DNA of 64,000 nucleotides, from the IMG/VR virus record IMGVR_UViG_3300017783_000001. One strand, written 5' to 3'. The DNA is from a virus. The notes below the pieces were generated by a model. That model saw only the letters and a program-made list of their open reading frames with translations, had not been told where the DNA came from and did not search any database. Shown piece by piece: positions 8,458 through 18,437 of this stretch. Positions within the stretch are counted from its first letter, which is position 1; the number at the start of each line of letters is the position of its first letter. The position numbers and the translations under genes were made by a program.

Positions 8458-8703
8458 TTAGATAAGCCAGTTGTACATTGCTCTCATAGATAGTAGTAAA
8501 TACATCAATTCCATCAATGCTCTAGGATAATCTTTATCTCTATATCCAAACCAGACCCACATCATACACGCTATAATTGATAAAAACCAACCTAGCCATT
8601 GTGTGTCTACATTTGCTTCTGATAAGATGAATACGGAAGAAACTGCGATTGCAAGTCCTATCCACCTGTCTTTATTTTTTATCTTTTTCCATATACTGGT
8701 CAT
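8458..8703 (-). CDS. Small 3-TM membrane protein, PnuC-like
   Basis: W-rich helices, GW......W...G, C-terminal MYNW as in PnuC-like families. Confidence 0.6.
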   Translation of the reverse strand: MTSIWKKIKNKDRWIGLAIAVSSVFILSEANVDTQWLGWFLSIIACMMWVWFGYRDKDYPRALMELMYLLLSMRAMYNWLI

Positions 8704-9250
8704 AGCCGCCCCTCACTATAAAATAACTATCTACTATGTCGGTAACAGGATTTTTGAGAGTTTGTTGGTCTAAATGTTCCATAAGATTTACACCTGTTTC
8801 CTCGTAAAACTTATCGTACATTTTCTCTTTGTCTGCGTTTCCTTTACCTGTAGCAAGTTTCTTTACTACGCTAGGCACTACGGTATCAAACTTGATACCT
8901 TTCTTGTATAACTTATGTTTTAATAAACCAGTATTTTCTGCAAGGTTAAATACTCTACCTTTACTACCAAATGAGTAATCTTCAATAAACACTCTAGGAT
9001 TTATTGTATGTCCTACACTCTTACTGAATACCCAATCACTAATTTTATCGTGTCGTTCTTGTTCAGTATTCCATTCAGGCATAAGATTTCCTACTATCTT
9101 ACCATCTAAAAATACACCTTCATATTTCTTAACGGTTGTTAAGTAGTAAAACTTACAATTCTGTAATGGGTCGTCTACTAATGGTCGTTCATCAACAACA
9201 CATACAGCAGGACAAGTTAATGAGTAATCAATTCCAATTATCTTCGTCAT
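8672..9250 (-). CDS. RuvC-like Holliday junction resolvase
   Basis: IIGIDYS, FIEDY, KKLATGKGNADK, DIVDS. Confidence 0.85.
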   Translation of the reverse strand: MTKIIGIDYSLTCPAVCVVDERPLVDDPLQNCKFYYLTTVKKYEGVFLDGKIVGNLMPEWNTEQERHDKISDWVFSKSVGHTINPRVFIEDYSFGSKGRVFNLAENTGLLKHKLYKKGIKFDTVVPSVVKKLATGKGNADKEKMYDKFYEETGVNLMEHLDQQTLKNPVTDIVDSYFIVRGGYDQYMEKDKK

Positions 9251-9398
9251 CTGTGGTATCCTCTGTTAAAACATCATCTTCAGGTTCGTCTATTGAGCCT
9301 CCACAAAACGGACAAGTTATTGGTTCCAGTTCGTCATTTTTCCACGATATTGTAAACTCCTCTTCGCAATGAGGACATTCGTATTTTGCTTTTTCCAT
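9228..9398 (-). CDS. Zinc-ribbon protein (56 aa)
   Basis: Read manually: CPHC...CPFCG plus an acidic tail; coupled to the nrdB stop. Confidence 0.8.
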   Translation of the reverse strand: MEKAKYECPHCEEEFTISWKNDELEPITCPFCGGSIDEPEDDVLTEDTTDDEDNWN

Positions 9399-10501
9399 TA
9401 TAATTTAAATTTCTTAAACTGGTCTTTTTCAACATCTTGTTTGATACCACCGATAACATAACTTTCTATTTCTGTCTCTTGTGGTGCGTTTTGTAAACTT
9501 CTGCTGTTAAACCAATGTTCAGTCCACGGTAAAGGATTAGCATTACCTTGTTCATAGATTGGTTTAATACCAATTGCTTTCATTCTTTTGTTTGCTGTCC
9601 ATTCTACATAATTGTGTAATAACTTTTCAGAAAGTCCTACCATAGAACCTTTTGAGAATAGATATGTTGCCCAACGCTTCTCTTCTTCTACTGCGTCTTT
9701 GTACATTTGTTCAACAAACTTTTCATTATTTTTTATAACCTTATTCATAACCTTATCGTTTTCAGGACCACGATAGTTATTAATAATTCTTTGTGATACG
9801 GCAAGGTGTTGTGATTCGTCTCTAGCAATAAAAGAGATAATCTTTGCACTACCTTCCATAAGTTTTAGTTCACCAAATGCAAAACTACAAGCAAAAGAAA
9901 CATAAAATCTTAAACCTTCTAATATGTTTACGGTTACAAGTGTTCTCCATAGTTTTTCTTTTAAATCATACTCATCAACTTTATTACCTAATTGATGTTT
10001 CATACCTGTAGTGATAAAGTCATCATAGGCATTGGTTACTGATTTACTTCTTCGTTCAATCTTTTCATCTGTTATAATAGTATCAAATATTTCTGCTGGG
10101 TCTGAATACAAGTTCTTAATAATGTATGTATAACTTCTACTATGAATTGTTTCCATAAAGTCCCAGGTTACAATACAGCCTTCTAGTTCTGGTAATGATA
10201 CGAAAGGTAAAAACGCAAGACACGGACCTCTACCTTGTACACTATCTAACATAGTTTGATATTTTAGATTAGATGTAAAGATAAACTTCTGTTCTGGTCT
10301 TAATGCTGACCAATCAGACCTGTCTTTCTGCAAAGATACTTCTTCAGGTCTCCAGAAAAAACCTAATTGTTGTTGTGTAAGTTTATCAAAGATAGGATAT
10401 TTCATATTATCGTATCTTTGAACCTGTAGTTCCTCACCAAAAAACATAGGTTGTTTAGTGTAGTCTATTGATTTTCCTTTATTGAATACCGTATTGCTCA
10501 A
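9398..10501 (-). CDS. nrdB: Ribonucleotide reductase class Ia beta subunit
   Basis: FWRPEEV, ETIHSRSY, EGLRFYVSF, DESQH, QETEI. Confidence 0.97.
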   Translation of the reverse strand: MSNTVFNKGKSIDYTKQPMFFGEELQVQRYDNMKYPIFDKLTQQQLGFFWRPEEVSLQKDRSDWSALRPEQKFIFTSNLKYQTMLDSVQGRGPCLAFLPFVSLPELEGCIVTWDFMETIHSRSYTYIIKNLYSDPAEIFDTIITDEKIERRSKSVTNAYDDFITTGMKHQLGNKVDEYDLKEKLWRTLVTVNILEGLRFYVSFACSFAFGELKLMEGSAKIISFIARDESQHLAVSQRIINNYRGPENDKVMNKVIKNNEKFVEQMYKDAVEEEKRWATYLFSKGSMVGLSEKLLHNYVEWTANKRMKAIGIKPIYEQGNANPLPWTEHWFNSRSLQNAPQETEIESYVIGGIKQDVEKDQFKKFKL

Positions 10502-10520
10502 TTTTATTTCCTCTTATTCT

Positions 10521-12887
10521 TTAAATATTACAAGCTTCACATTCACCGTCATCTTCTACGACAGGAACCGAAACTTCTGTTTGTGTGTCTTGTAAGACAT
10601 TCTTGTTTTGCTCTGGTTGAAGATTAACACTACCTACGATTTGTTCATCATAAGTCATAGGGTGCATAGGTTCATCTTCTTTCTTACCGTCATAAGTGTT
10701 TTGATAGTAAGATGTTTTCCAACCATACTTATATGTATTTAACAAGTCTTGTGCCATTGTAGATACAGGAACTTGGTTTTCTTCAAAAAGTTCTGGATTG
10801 TATGACCAGTTACCTGATATACCTTGGTCAAAATACTTCTGCATTACTGCAACGATATTTATATAACCTTCATTACTCTTCATATCCCATAATAAAGTAT
10901 AGTTATTCTTTAGTCTTGCATAGTCAGGTACAACTTGTTTCAATGTACCTTTCTTACTCTTCTTAACTGATAGATAATCTCTAGGTGGTTCAATGCCGTT
11001 TGTAGCATTGGAAACCACGCTAGATGATTCAGAAGGCATTTGAGCGGAGAGAGTGCTGTGTCTTAGCCCATATTGCATAATATCTTTTCTTAATGCTTCC
11101 CAATCAAAGCTGAGTTTACGATTTACAATCTCATCAACTTCTTTTTTGTAAGTATCAATAGGTAAGATACCATCTGAATATTTTGTCCTGTCAAAGTAAT
11201 CACACTTTGTTTTTTCTTTTGCAATTTCATTACTTGCTTTCAACAGGTAGTATTGGAAACTTTCTGTTAGTTTATCAACTTCTTTCCACGCCAGCTTTTG
11301 GTCATAATTAAAACCTTTCTTCGCTAGATAATGTGCAAGTCCGATATAACCAATACCTAAACTTCTTCGTGCCTTTGTAGAGATTTCAGCAGCTCTTACT
11401 GGATACTTCTGATGGTCTATAATCTCTTCTAATGCTCTTACTGATAAGTCGCATAAACTTTCTAACTCATCTAAATTCTTTAATAGTCCTACATTGATTG
11501 CACTTAAAATACATAATGCGATTTCACCATCACCATCTATATGTTCAATAGGGTCTGTAGGTAATGTAATTTCTTGGCATAGATTAGACATATTAACTTT
11601 GTCTTTAAAAGAAGAGTGAGAGTTAGCGTGGTCAATATTCATAATGTACATACGACCTGTTTCTGCTCTTTCTTTTAATAAGTCCATAAACAATTTTTGT
11701 GTACTTACTTTCTTTCTAAAAATCTTTGTATCTTTCTCATACTTCTTGTACAACTCATCAAACTCTGGTGTACCGAAAGCGTCATAAAGACCTGGTGTTT
11801 CGTGTGGAGAAAATAATGTCATTTCTTCATCATTAATAAATCTCTCGTAAAATAGTTTTGATAATTGAATTGAGTAATCTAATTTTCTAACTCTATTATC
11901 TTCACTACCTTTGTTATTCTTTAGAACAATAATGTCTTCTATTTCTTTATGCCAGATAGGAAAGTGTACCGTAGCACAACCACCTCTTACACCGTTTTGT
12001 GTACAAGATTTTACGGTTGCTTCAAACTTCTTTAAGAAAGGAACAACACCTGTATGTGCAACTTCACCACCTCTAATTCTACTATTGATACCTCTAATAC
12101 GACCTGCATTGATACCTATACCTGCTCTTTGTGCTGTGTAATAACCAATCGCTGTATCACTGCTAAAGATACTAGGAAGACTATCTGCAACATCTACAAG
12201 TACACAACTAGCATATTGTTTCATAGGGGTTCTAACACCCGCCATAACAGGCGTAGGAATGTTTATCTTAAATTGTGAGATAGCATTGTAATACTTTTTA
12301 ATATATGATAATCTTTTGTTTTTTGGATACTTCGCAAAGATTGTAGCCGCAATCATCATATACATAAATTGTGGTGTCTCAAAGATTGTACCACTACTTC
12401 TGTCTTGTACAAGATACTTATCCATAACTTGTCTTAATCCAGCATATGTAAAATTATAATCTCTATCGTGGTCAATCATAGTATTCATTCTATCAAAGTC
12501 ACCTTCATCATATTGTACTAAAATGTCTTCGTCATAGACACCTAACTTTACACACTTCTTTGTGTGAGCAAACAAATGAGGATGGTCCCATAGTTTACCA
12601 TTGATACTTTTTCTTAAACTATAAAGAAGAAGTCTACTTGCAACATATTGATAGTTTGGATATTCTAATGAGATTAAGTCTGAAGCAGACCTAATTAAAA
12701 TCTGTTGTATTTGGTCTGTAGGAATATTATCATAAAATTGTAAACCACTATTCATTTCAACTTGACTTGATGAAACACCTTTTATATCTTCACAAGCATA
12801 TTCTACCATATCGTGTATCTTGTCAATATTCAAAGGCTCTTGTCCACGCCCATTTCTTTTTATAACATTAATTTGTTTTTCAGTCAT
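10521..12887 (-). CDS. nrdA: Ribonucleotide reductase class Ia alpha subunit
   Basis: ATP cone, PTPVMAG, ASCVL, SNLCQEI, C-terminal CEAC. Confidence 0.97.
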   Translation of the reverse strand: MTEKQINVIKRNGRGQEPLNIDKIHDMVEYACEDIKGVSSSQVEMNSGLQFYDNIPTDQIQQILIRSASDLISLEYPNYQYVASRLLLYSLRKSINGKLWDHPHLFAHTKKCVKLGVYDEDILVQYDEGDFDRMNTMIDHDRDYNFTYAGLRQVMDKYLVQDRSSGTIFETPQFMYMMIAATIFAKYPKNKRLSYIKKYYNAISQFKINIPTPVMAGVRTPMKQYASCVLVDVADSLPSIFSSDTAIGYYTAQRAGIGINAGRIRGINSRIRGGEVAHTGVVPFLKKFEATVKSCTQNGVRGGCATVHFPIWHKEIEDIIVLKNNKGSEDNRVRKLDYSIQLSKLFYERFINDEEMTLFSPHETPGLYDAFGTPEFDELYKKYEKDTKIFRKKVSTQKLFMDLLKERAETGRMYIMNIDHANSHSSFKDKVNMSNLCQEITLPTDPIEHIDGDGEIALCILSAINVGLLKNLDELESLCDLSVRALEEIIDHQKYPVRAAEISTKARRSLGIGYIGLAHYLAKKGFNYDQKLAWKEVDKLTESFQYYLLKASNEIAKEKTKCDYFDRTKYSDGILPIDTYKKEVDEIVNRKLSFDWEALRKDIMQYGLRHSTLSAQMPSESSSVVSNATNGIEPPRDYLSVKKSKKGTLKQVVPDYARLKNNYTLLWDMKSNEGYINIVAVMQKYFDQGISGNWSYNPELFEENQVPVSTMAQDLLNTYKYGWKTSYYQNTYDGKKEDEPMHPMTYDEQIVGSVNLQPEQNKNVLQDTQTEVSVPVVEDDGECEACNI

Positions 12888-12899
12888 CTATTTCTCCTA

Positions 12900-13910
12900 C
12901 TATGCTTTTCTATAATTTGTTAAAACTTGTTTCGCTGATAATTTTGAATATGTGTTGATACTTATAATCTCTTGTAGTTGTACTTTAGATACACCTGTCA
13001 TAATTAAGTCATTAACATCTTTGAGTTGTATATCTTCTGGCCAAATAAAAATGTTGTAACCTAAATCAATTATCTTTTCCATTCGTTTAATTATTTCTTT
13101 GTTTCTCGGTTCGTTATCAAATATATATGTCACCTTTTCAGGATTATATTTACTATCTAGCGTCAAATCAGCGCCGCCGGCTGCAATACTATTTTCAATA
13201 AACAAACTATCAATAGGACCTTCTACAACATAAATGTGTTGTGCAAAGTTTACTCTTTCTAATCCGAATATCTTATCTTTGTCTTCGTCTAACTTAATGG
13301 TTACATACTTTGGTGTCTCTTTACCAAAGGCACGACCTTGATAGGCGAATATTTTACCGTCTGTATCATAGAACGGTATCACTAGTCTTGGATGGTCATA
13401 CTTACTAGTGTTGTATTTACGAGGTGCGATTTTGTGTGCCCACTCGTAAAACTTATGACATAAGAAAAGTTTGTCAAAATACTTTTCAGGTATCATTCTC
13501 TTCTCCACATACTCTCGTACTGGATGTTTGTCTTCTAAATTTGATATTGCCGTAAGTTCAGATATGTAGTCATTCTCTATCTTTAACTTCGGTTTAAAAT
13601 CAAACTTAAACTCTGGTTTTGGTGTCGCTGGTGCGTCCGACTTATATCTTTCTAATAGATATTTTTCATAGACTTTTGGGTCTATGTGTTTTAGAAAGTT
13701 AGCGAGGTTCTGACCCATACCACAATTGTGGCATTTGAAAAACATATCGTTTTTCTTACGGTAGAAATAACCTCTGGACTTTAGTTTGGACTTTTGACTA
13801 TCACCACAATGGGGACATCTAAAGTTAAATAGATAGTCACCTTTTTTCTTAAAATGACCTAGTCGGGCCGAGATTTCGTTGATGAATTTTAAATCTGTAT
13901 AACTTGACAT
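12900..13910 (-). CDS. gp61: DNA primase
   Basis: RCPHCGDS, CHNCG zinc finger, VEGPIDS, FDNEPRN, KDVND. Confidence 0.95.
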   Translation of the reverse strand: MSSYTDLKFINEISARLGHFKKKGDYLFNFRCPHCGDSQKSKLKSRGYFYRKKNDMFFKCHNCGMGQNLANFLKHIDPKVYEKYLLERYKSDAPATPKPEFKFDFKPKLKIENDYISELTAISNLEDKHPVREYVEKRMIPEKYFDKLFLCHKFYEWAHKIAPRKYNTSKYDHPRLVIPFYDTDGKIFAYQGRAFGKETPKYVTIKLDEDKDKIFGLERVNFAQHIYVVEGPIDSLFIENSIAAGGADLTLDSKYNPEKVTYIFDNEPRNKEIIKRMEKIIDLGYNIFIWPEDIQLKDVNDLIMTGVSKVQLQEIISINTYSKLSAKQVLTNYRKA

Positions 13911-13938
13911 TTAGCACTCTTTAATTAATATAGTACAC

Positions 13939-13967
13939 ATCATACTATATCTTATGCTATTTGTCAA
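13939..13967 (-). promoter_or_regulatory. Sigma70-type promoter for primase/nrdAB
   Basis: GCTTGACA-N17-TATGAT. Confidence 0.75.
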
Positions 13968-13971
13968 GCAC

Positions 13972-14448
13972 CTATGATACTTTCATTAATTCTACAACTA
14001 ATGGGAAATTTCTTGCTAAAATGAAACCTATTACTATAGAACCACCGATTATTAAGTACTTCCACTTCTCTAGCATATTTACCTTTTCTCCTAGAGAGTT
14101 CTTAATACTTCGTATTTCGTTCATAATACGCTTTTCAGTCATATCTATATTATCTTTTAGTTGTCTATATCTCGCTTCAGTATCTTCTTGTCTGTCCTTT
14201 AACTTTGAGAAGATAATCTCATCTAATTTTTCTGCTTGGTTTAACTTTTCTTCGTGTACAGCTAACATTGATTTAATACCACTACTGATATTAGTTAACT
14301 TGTCAATCGCTGTGTCTAGTCTTTTATGTACCATATTGCTCTGTTGAAGTTCCGATTTCAACACCTCTATACTCGTACGGTTATCGTACACTTCTTTAGA
14401 TAGTGAAGTTATGGTTGCCCTTGTTTCACCGTTTCCTGTTGTAGACAT
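13972..14448 (-). CDS. Coiled-coil protein with C-terminal TM (holin-like topology candidate)
   Basis: Heptad repeats; LEKWKY followed by a TM helix. Confidence 0.6.
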   Translation of the reverse strand: MSTTGNGETRATITSLSKEVYDNRTSIEVLKSELQQSNMVHKRLDTAIDKLTNISSGIKSMLAVHEEKLNQAEKLDEIIFSKLKDRQEDTEARYRQLKDNIDMTEKRIMNEIRSIKNSLGEKVNMLEKWKYLIIGGSIVIGFILARNFPLVVELMKVS

Positions 14449-14472
14449 AGCGACTTATTCTCCCAAAGTCAA

Positions 14473-14805
14473 TTAACCCGCTAGCGGATTTTTTGCTTTT
14501 AATTTAAGTTCTTGGATTTGTAGTTTTAAGACTTCAATTTCTTTCTCGTTTACTTTTGTTTGTGTTTTGTTCTTTTGTACACTACCAGAAATATCAGCAG
14601 GTATATTACCTTCTAATTCTGTAATCTTAATTTCTAATGCTTTAATTGATTCTTGTAGAGGTGCAATATTAACACCTTTTCTTTCTTCTAATGCGTTCAT
14701 TTTAGTAGTCAATTCTCCGTATTTAACGAATCCACCACCAATAGCAACTACGGCTGCGATTAAAGCTGCCACACTTGCCAAGTTATCTTTTAATTGTTTT
14801 ATCAT
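14473..14805 (-). CDS. N-terminal TM coiled-coil protein
   Basis: TM LASVAALIAAVVAIGGGF; C-terminal NPLAG. Confidence 0.7.
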   Translation of the reverse strand: MIKQLKDNLASVAALIAAVVAIGGGFVKYGELTTKMNALEERKGVNIAPLQESIKALEIKITELEGNIPADISGSVQKNKTQTKVNEKEIEVLKLQIQELKLKAKNPLAG

Positions 14806-16589
14806 AGTTGTTTCCTTAATTGTTCTAGTTCAATTTTTAGTCTGTTTTCCTCAGTCTTAATTCTGTCTAACTCAATTCGTTGACTAGTCAGCGGGTCGTT
14901 ATCAGTATATTTTGCTAAGGTTACACCTTTATATATTTGTGTTTGTTCTATATTTAGTTGATTAAAGAAATCTACATTACCATCAGGAAGTTGAGTAGAA
15001 GAGTAAAAGGACTGATTTTTATATGAAGACATATCAGGAGCGTTATCACTCATTGCCTTTAGTGTTATAAATTGTACTGCTTTTACTTTCTGGTCTACCG
15101 TCATTAATGTATTCTCTAATTTCTTAATAATCTTTTCTACTTTGGCACTTATGCTGCTTGCGATATTCTTCTCATCTCCGCTATCAACATCTGTTTCCTT
15201 TGTTGTGCCAGTCTCATCTGCATCCAATTTTTCTTCATTTGTCTTCTCCGTCTCCTCTCCTTCTGCTTTCTTATCTTCGTCCATAGAAGATTCAGTTGAC
15301 TTCTCTTCTGTGTTCTCACTTGCCTCAGGTTCACTCTCACTACTTGTCTCATCTTCTTTAGTAGTCTCGGTGTTATTAGGTTTTGGTTCAGTTGAATTTG
15401 AATTACTTGCATTTGATTCCTCTTGTTTAGGTTCGTTTTCTATTTTAGGTTCACCTGATTGTTTAGGTTCCTCTTTGATAGTCTCTTCTTCTAAATTAGA
15501 TTTCTTTGCTACAACATTATTTTCCTCCATTTTAGGTTCTTTTACTTTAGGTTCTGGAGCAACATTAAGTTCCTCCTTCATCATATTACCTACTTCTTCA
15601 AAAAATTGTTCTTCTGTTATATTCTCTTCAACGAGAGCAGTATTAAATTCTTGTACTAAATTTTCCTTTACGATTATCTGTTTAAATTGTTCAATTACCA
15701 TAGTTTCTAGTTGCTTCATTTCTATAGCAGGTGCTTTAAATTCTTCTATTTTAATTTCTTCTCTTTGTATTCTAGGAGGTGCAATTTGTACATTAACTTC
15801 AGGTGTAAATAGTTGTACCTCTTTAAATACTTCTGTCAATGCTGTTTGTGATTCTTCTATCTGCGTATTTGCTGATGATATATTAGTTGTTTGTTCTTCT
15901 GTTAATTGTTGAAAATTTATATCTGTTAGAGTAGCAGTTAGACTTGCACCTAATAAGTTAGGTCCTACTGAAGCAGTTGCACTAGAGTTGTTACCATCTA
16001 TACCTTGCCATTTCCAATCCCAATTTCTTGCACCTGTTCCGTTGTGAGTAATTGTATCGCTATATGTATATGAGTTAGAACCGTAACCGGCGTCATTGTT
16101 TCTAGTTATAGAAGTAGTCGCAAGTACATTGTTGTTGGCGTCTAGTATTTTTAATGTTGTTGAAAAACTATCTTGTCCGTTAGTTGCTGAACCACAACGA
16201 CTACTAGAACCTATCCATTCGCAATTCTGCACTTCTGTAAGTGAATTAAGTGATAGACCACCATCTAAACTATCAGCAGTTATATTAAACTGACCACCGT
16301 TTTGTTTTTCTGTAGTTATACCAACTAGTGAACCATTGGCAGTAATATTACCAGTTCCTTTTGCTTCTAGTTCGTTTTGAAATGCTTGTATACCACTATC
16401 AATGGTAAAACCTGAACCACTACCTACCTTATCAGGTGTGTGAGAGTCTTGTGTATTCTGATAACTAGATTGTCCATCGCCTGCGTTAGGTAATAGATTA
16501 CCAGTTGTTGCTGTTTCTGCCTTAATCTCGTTTACGGAAATTATAAGGATTAAGGTCGTCAGCAAGTTTATCACATTTAAACCACGCAT
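14802..16589 (-). CDS. Large exported protein: beta-rich N-domain plus long acidic linker
   Basis: Signal peptide, Gly/Asn/Thr-rich domain with a Cys pair, E/K/S/T low-complexity region. Confidence 0.75.
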   Translation of the reverse strand: MRGLNVINLLTTLILIISVNEIKAETATTGNLLPNAGDGQSSYQNTQDSHTPDKVGSGSGFTIDSGIQAFQNELEAKGTGNITANGSLVGITTEKQNGGQFNITADSLDGGLSLNSLTEVQNCEWIGSSSRCGSATNGQDSFSTTLKILDANNNVLATTSITRNNDAGYGSNSYTYSDTITHNGTGARNWDWKWQGIDGNNSSATASVGPNLLGASLTATLTDINFQQLTEEQTTNISSANTQIEESQTALTEVFKEVQLFTPEVNVQIAPPRIQREEIKIEEFKAPAIEMKQLETMVIEQFKQIIVKENLVQEFNTALVEENITEEQFFEEVGNMMKEELNVAPEPKVKEPKMEENNVVAKKSNLEEETIKEEPKQSGEPKIENEPKQEESNASNSNSTEPKPNNTETTKEDETSSESEPEASENTEEKSTESSMDEDKKAEGEETEKTNEEKLDADETGTTKETDVDSGDEKNIASSISAKVEKIIKKLENTLMTVDQKVKAVQFITLKAMSDNAPDMSSYKNQSFYSSTQLPDGNVDFFNQLNIEQTQIYKGVTLAKYTDNDPLTSQRIELDRIKTEENRLKIELEQLRKQL

Positions 16590-16644
16590 ATACTATTACT
16601 CCTGTATAAATTGTTAACCATATTAATGTTTCCATAGTGTGTCC

Positions 16645-17424
16645 TTATTTTGATTTATTTACTTTCTTTTCAAGTTTCTCAACTTTCTTTTCAAGTTTAT
16701 CTGCGTATGCGTCTAACTTCTTATTTTCTTTTCTTATCTCATTAGCGATAGCAGTTTGTTCAGTTAATTGGTAATTTAAAGACTTGTCTTTTTCACTAGT
16801 CTTTGTTAATTCTTTTTCTTTGTTCTCTATGACTTTTAGTTTCTCAACATATAAATCATAGTCTGGTCTTAACTTATCGTATTTGTTCCATTGTGCTTGT
16901 GCTTCTGAACCAATCTTACCTTGATATGGGCAAGGTGTTCCGGAATGTATCATTGCTTCAAACACTCTAGGATCCTGACACAATATAGAAACAGCAGCGA
17001 CCTTCATACCTAGGTCATTTAAGACTTTACTTAATTTAATTCGTTCACAATTTTCGTCTCTTATGTGAGCACCAAGTGATAATCCGATACCAGGATATTG
17101 TAACCCACCAGACATACCCATAACGCAAACATCTTGCGACATAGCACTCATAGAGGGCGCTGAGGCAGTATTCTGTTGGTCTCTTATGTTTGAGTTGTTG
17201 TTTGTGGTTGCGTTAGTCGTACTTGTGGTATTACTAGACGAACCATCTTGGTAAGTAGTTGTTTCTTCCTGTGAATATCCACCTGTGATTGTAGTATTAC
17301 TTCCCGTAGAATTTGAGAGAGTATTTGTAGTCGCTCCAGATGATGTCGTATCAGACCAAACAGGACTTGTAGTGAGTCCTAGCATAATGAAACATACTAT
17401 AAAAAGATTAAATAATCTATCCAT
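16645..17424 (-). CDS. Exported Cys-rich protein
   Basis: Signal peptide, Thr/Asn-rich region, DVC...DENCER...LCQDPRV...GTPCP, coiled-coil tail. Confidence 0.75.
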   Translation of the reverse strand: MDRLFNLFIVCFIMLGLTTSPVWSDTTSSGATTNTLSNSTGSNTTITGGYSQEETTTYQDGSSSNTTSTTNATTNNNSNIRDQQNTASAPSMSAMSQDVCVMGMSGGLQYPGIGLSLGAHIRDENCERIKLSKVLNDLGMKVAAVSILCQDPRVFEAMIHSGTPCPYQGKIGSEAQAQWNKYDKLRPDYDLYVEKLKVIENKEKELTKTSEKDKSLNYQLTEQTAIANEIRKENKKLDAYADKLEKKVEKLEKKVNKSK

Positions 17425-17455
17425 TGTGTGTGTCCTTGAGTATGTTCTATATTAT

Positions 17456-17463
17456 TATTTATA
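17456..17463 (-). promoter_or_regulatory. T4-type late promoter
   Basis: TATAAATA about 30 nt upstream of the ORF. Confidence 0.75.
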
Positions 17464-17531
17464 GAGAAGGCACATTCTAAATGGTTGTTTTCGTGGGAAA
17501 AATTTGACACAGGGAGGTGTCAGTTATTTGA

Positions 17532-18011
17532 CTAGAGTTTTCCTTGACTAATTGCTAACCATATCAAACCACCTATTGTGGCTGCGACTAGAAGTATTAG
17601 TAAAGTGATGGCGATACCATCTAATATGTTGCGTTGCAACTCCTTTTGTGCATAGATTTCCTTTTCTCTTTGAGCTCTTATCTTTCTACGCATATCCGTA
17701 AGTTCTTTCCAGGTATTAGGACCAAACCTGAAGTTTAAAAGAGTTCTCAACTCTTTCTCTTGTTCCATTATTTTCTTTTCGTGTAATAGTAATTGTAGAG
17801 ATTCTTCTTCTACAGAACCTGCCTGAAATAACTTTTTGAATATAGGAGGTTTCTTATTGTGTTCTTGTGCTTTGCGTATATCTGCTACAGCAGTATACCA
17901 CTTTCCCATTTGTTTGAAAGTATGTTCAGCTTCTTGGCCTAATGCGACTGCTCTGGTTACTGCTTTGTATGCTGATGTTGCCATTGCTATGGCAGAAATA
18001 GGGTCTATCAA
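17532..18011 (-). CDS. Hypothetical protein with C-terminal TM
   Basis: MIDPISAIA start, C-terminal hydrophobic helix. Confidence 0.7.
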   Translation of the reverse strand: MIDPISAIAMATSAYKAVTRAVALGQEAEHTFKQMGKWYTAVADIRKAQEHNKKPPIFKKLFQAGSVEEESLQLLLHEKKIMEQEKELRTLLNFRFGPNTWKELTDMRRKIRAQREKEIYAQKELQRNILDGIAITLLILLVAATIGGLIWLAISQGKL

Positions 18012-18071
18012 TGTCCTTATACCTTATGCTAAAGTTTTATAGTCATAAAGTACAATTCAATTCAGATACTA

Positions 18072-18437
18072 CTATTTATCTTTTTTCTCTTCAGGTTCGT
18101 AATATTTTTTATACTCATCTAATAATCTATTAGTCTTTACCATATGATTTCTAATCTGAGCAAAGTTCTTTGCAATGAGTTGATAGTCAGCGTCTGTTAA
18201 ACCAAACAACACAGGGTCTATACCTGCTTCTTCTAACTTCTTAAATACTTCTTCTGCATTTTCAGAAGTAATAATAATCCACTTAATCTGTTCTAGTTCA
18301 GGTGGTGTTGGTTTATCTAAATTTAGTTTTGCTCTTTCTACTTCTGTTTTAAAGATGTCTAACTTCTTAACAGAAGAACAACCACTAACTGCGATTGCAA
18401 GTATTAAAACTAAAAGTATATTTTTAATATTGTACAT
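18072..18437 (-). CDS. Outer-membrane spanin (Rz1-like lipoprotein)
   Basis: Lipobox VSGC, Pro-rich segment, C-terminal helix ending YYE; overlaps the i-spanin. Confidence 0.75.
   Translation of the reverse strand: MYNIKNILLVLILAIAVSGCSSVKKLDIFKTEVERAKLNLDKPTPPELEQIKWIIITSENAEEVFKKLEEAGIDPVLFGLTDADYQLIAKNFAQIRNHMVKTNRLLDEYKKYYEPEEKKDK

Noticed and set aside
15150-15560. E/K/P-rich quasi-repeats as a tandem DNA repeat
   Set aside because: Low-complexity protein linker without exact nucleotide periodicity
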